Source of the DNA: the human T2T-CHM13v2.0 reference genome, Homo sapiens
Direction: 5' to 3' (one strand)
NCBI RefSeq assembly: GCF_009914755.1
Contig: NC_060939.1
DNA length: 64,000 nt
In this document: positions 63,016 to 64,000 of the stretch, piece by piece
Numbering within the stretch: the first letter of the stretch is position 1
How the letters are laid out: every line of letters begins with the position of its first letter
Notes under the pieces: generated by a model
What the model was told of the DNA's origin: nothing
Seen by the model: only the letters and a program-made list of their open reading frames with translations
Databases searched by the model: none
Program-made: the position numbers and the translations under genes

Positions 63016-64000
63016 TACCCACCTGCCACTCGGTAGCACCTGTGCCTGCCGTTTGCCCATTTCCGGGGTCCGTTGGGGTTGGTGCTGTCTGGTGTTATCG
63101 TCAGTGCCTACTGAAGCTGGGAGAGGAGTGTGTGTGTGTGGTGTCATTTCCTGCTGTTTTCTTGATTACAGGGACCAAGTGTGTTCTCGTCCAACAACAC
63201 CCTCATCTAACAGACTCTGAGAGTTCCGTGTTCCAGGGTGTGTGGTTCAGTCCATTCAGTGTGTTCTGAGTCCCTGTAGCTGTGGTGGGCTGAAGAGCAT
63301 GGGCTCTGCACCAGTGGGCCCTGCAATCAAGCCCTGAGTCGGCCATCTATTAGTTGTGTGACCTTGGGAGAGCCACTCAGCTGCTTTGTCCCTCAGTTTT
63401 CTCACTTGTAAAATGGGGTTGATAATAACAACATATCCCTAGTGGTGAGGGTTAAATGAGATGATGCCTGTGAGTCAGCCAAGGCCTGTCACACTGCATG
63501 TGGTGGGTGTGGCCATCACAGTGTTCCAGGCACTGTGCATAGGGCTAGGGGCACAGAGATAAAAGTTACATTGTTTCTGCCCTCAAGGTATTCACAGATA
63601 GGTAAAGACACAAACAATAACAAGAGGCGGTCCAGAGGAAGAAGGGATTAGTGATCAACTCTCAACTCTTGGCGTGGTAGGGAGGTAGCTGGGGAAGGCT
63701 TCCTGGAAGAGGCGATGTCTTTTAAAAAATGAATGGAAGTCAGAAAGACAGGATTTGGAGCATTCCAGGTATAGCAGATGCAAAGACCTGGAGGTGTGAA
63801 AAGAACTTGATGTTGAGAAACCAAAGGAGTTTCGAGGGACTGGGAAGCAAAGCTCCAGATGTTGGTGGGAGAAAAGATGGGCAGAGACCAGGACCTGGGA
63901 AAGATTTTTTTAAAAAACTTCTATCCAAACATGCCGAGTGGACATATAAGTGCCAGCTCCGTGAATTTTCACAGACTGATCACACCTGACCAATAGCAGG

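Overview
Human (Alu/L1PA/MIR/L2/MLT-rich) genomic DNA holding about 42 kb of repeat-dense upstream sequence and the 5' half of SMAD6, the inhibitory SMAD of BMP/TGF-beta signalling, on the + strand. The gene has a CpG-island promoter (~42.7-46.0 kb), coding exon 1 (45040-45856), exon 2 (53457-53513, PY motif) and exon 3 (58214-58291). The MH2-encoding last exon lies beyond the window. Two alternative exons are readable directly. One is an alternative first coding exon (ATG 50489, MSRMGKPIETQK, the Smad6s N-terminus) that lies inside an old L1MB 3' fragment. The other is a stop-containing exon in intron 3 (58802-58866+) giving a 338-aa MH2-less product, which is either an NMD poison exon or an intronic-polyA terminal exon. 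Other notable structure: a composite GCCGCC-N5-GTCTAGAC Smad element at the promoter, a uORF-dense 5'UTR with two ATG-TAG start-stops and a strong internal splice acceptor, and a promoter-like RFX/ETS/SP/NF-Y element at 15.2-15.6 kb. There is also an L1PA insertion with a 3' transduction, three Alu pairs with triplicated TSDs, two short near-perfect palindromes and several small local duplications. I see no prokaryote-type system or new protein-coding gene; nearly all ORF-track entries are repeat or GC artefacts. Repeat family names and boundaries are by eye and approximate.
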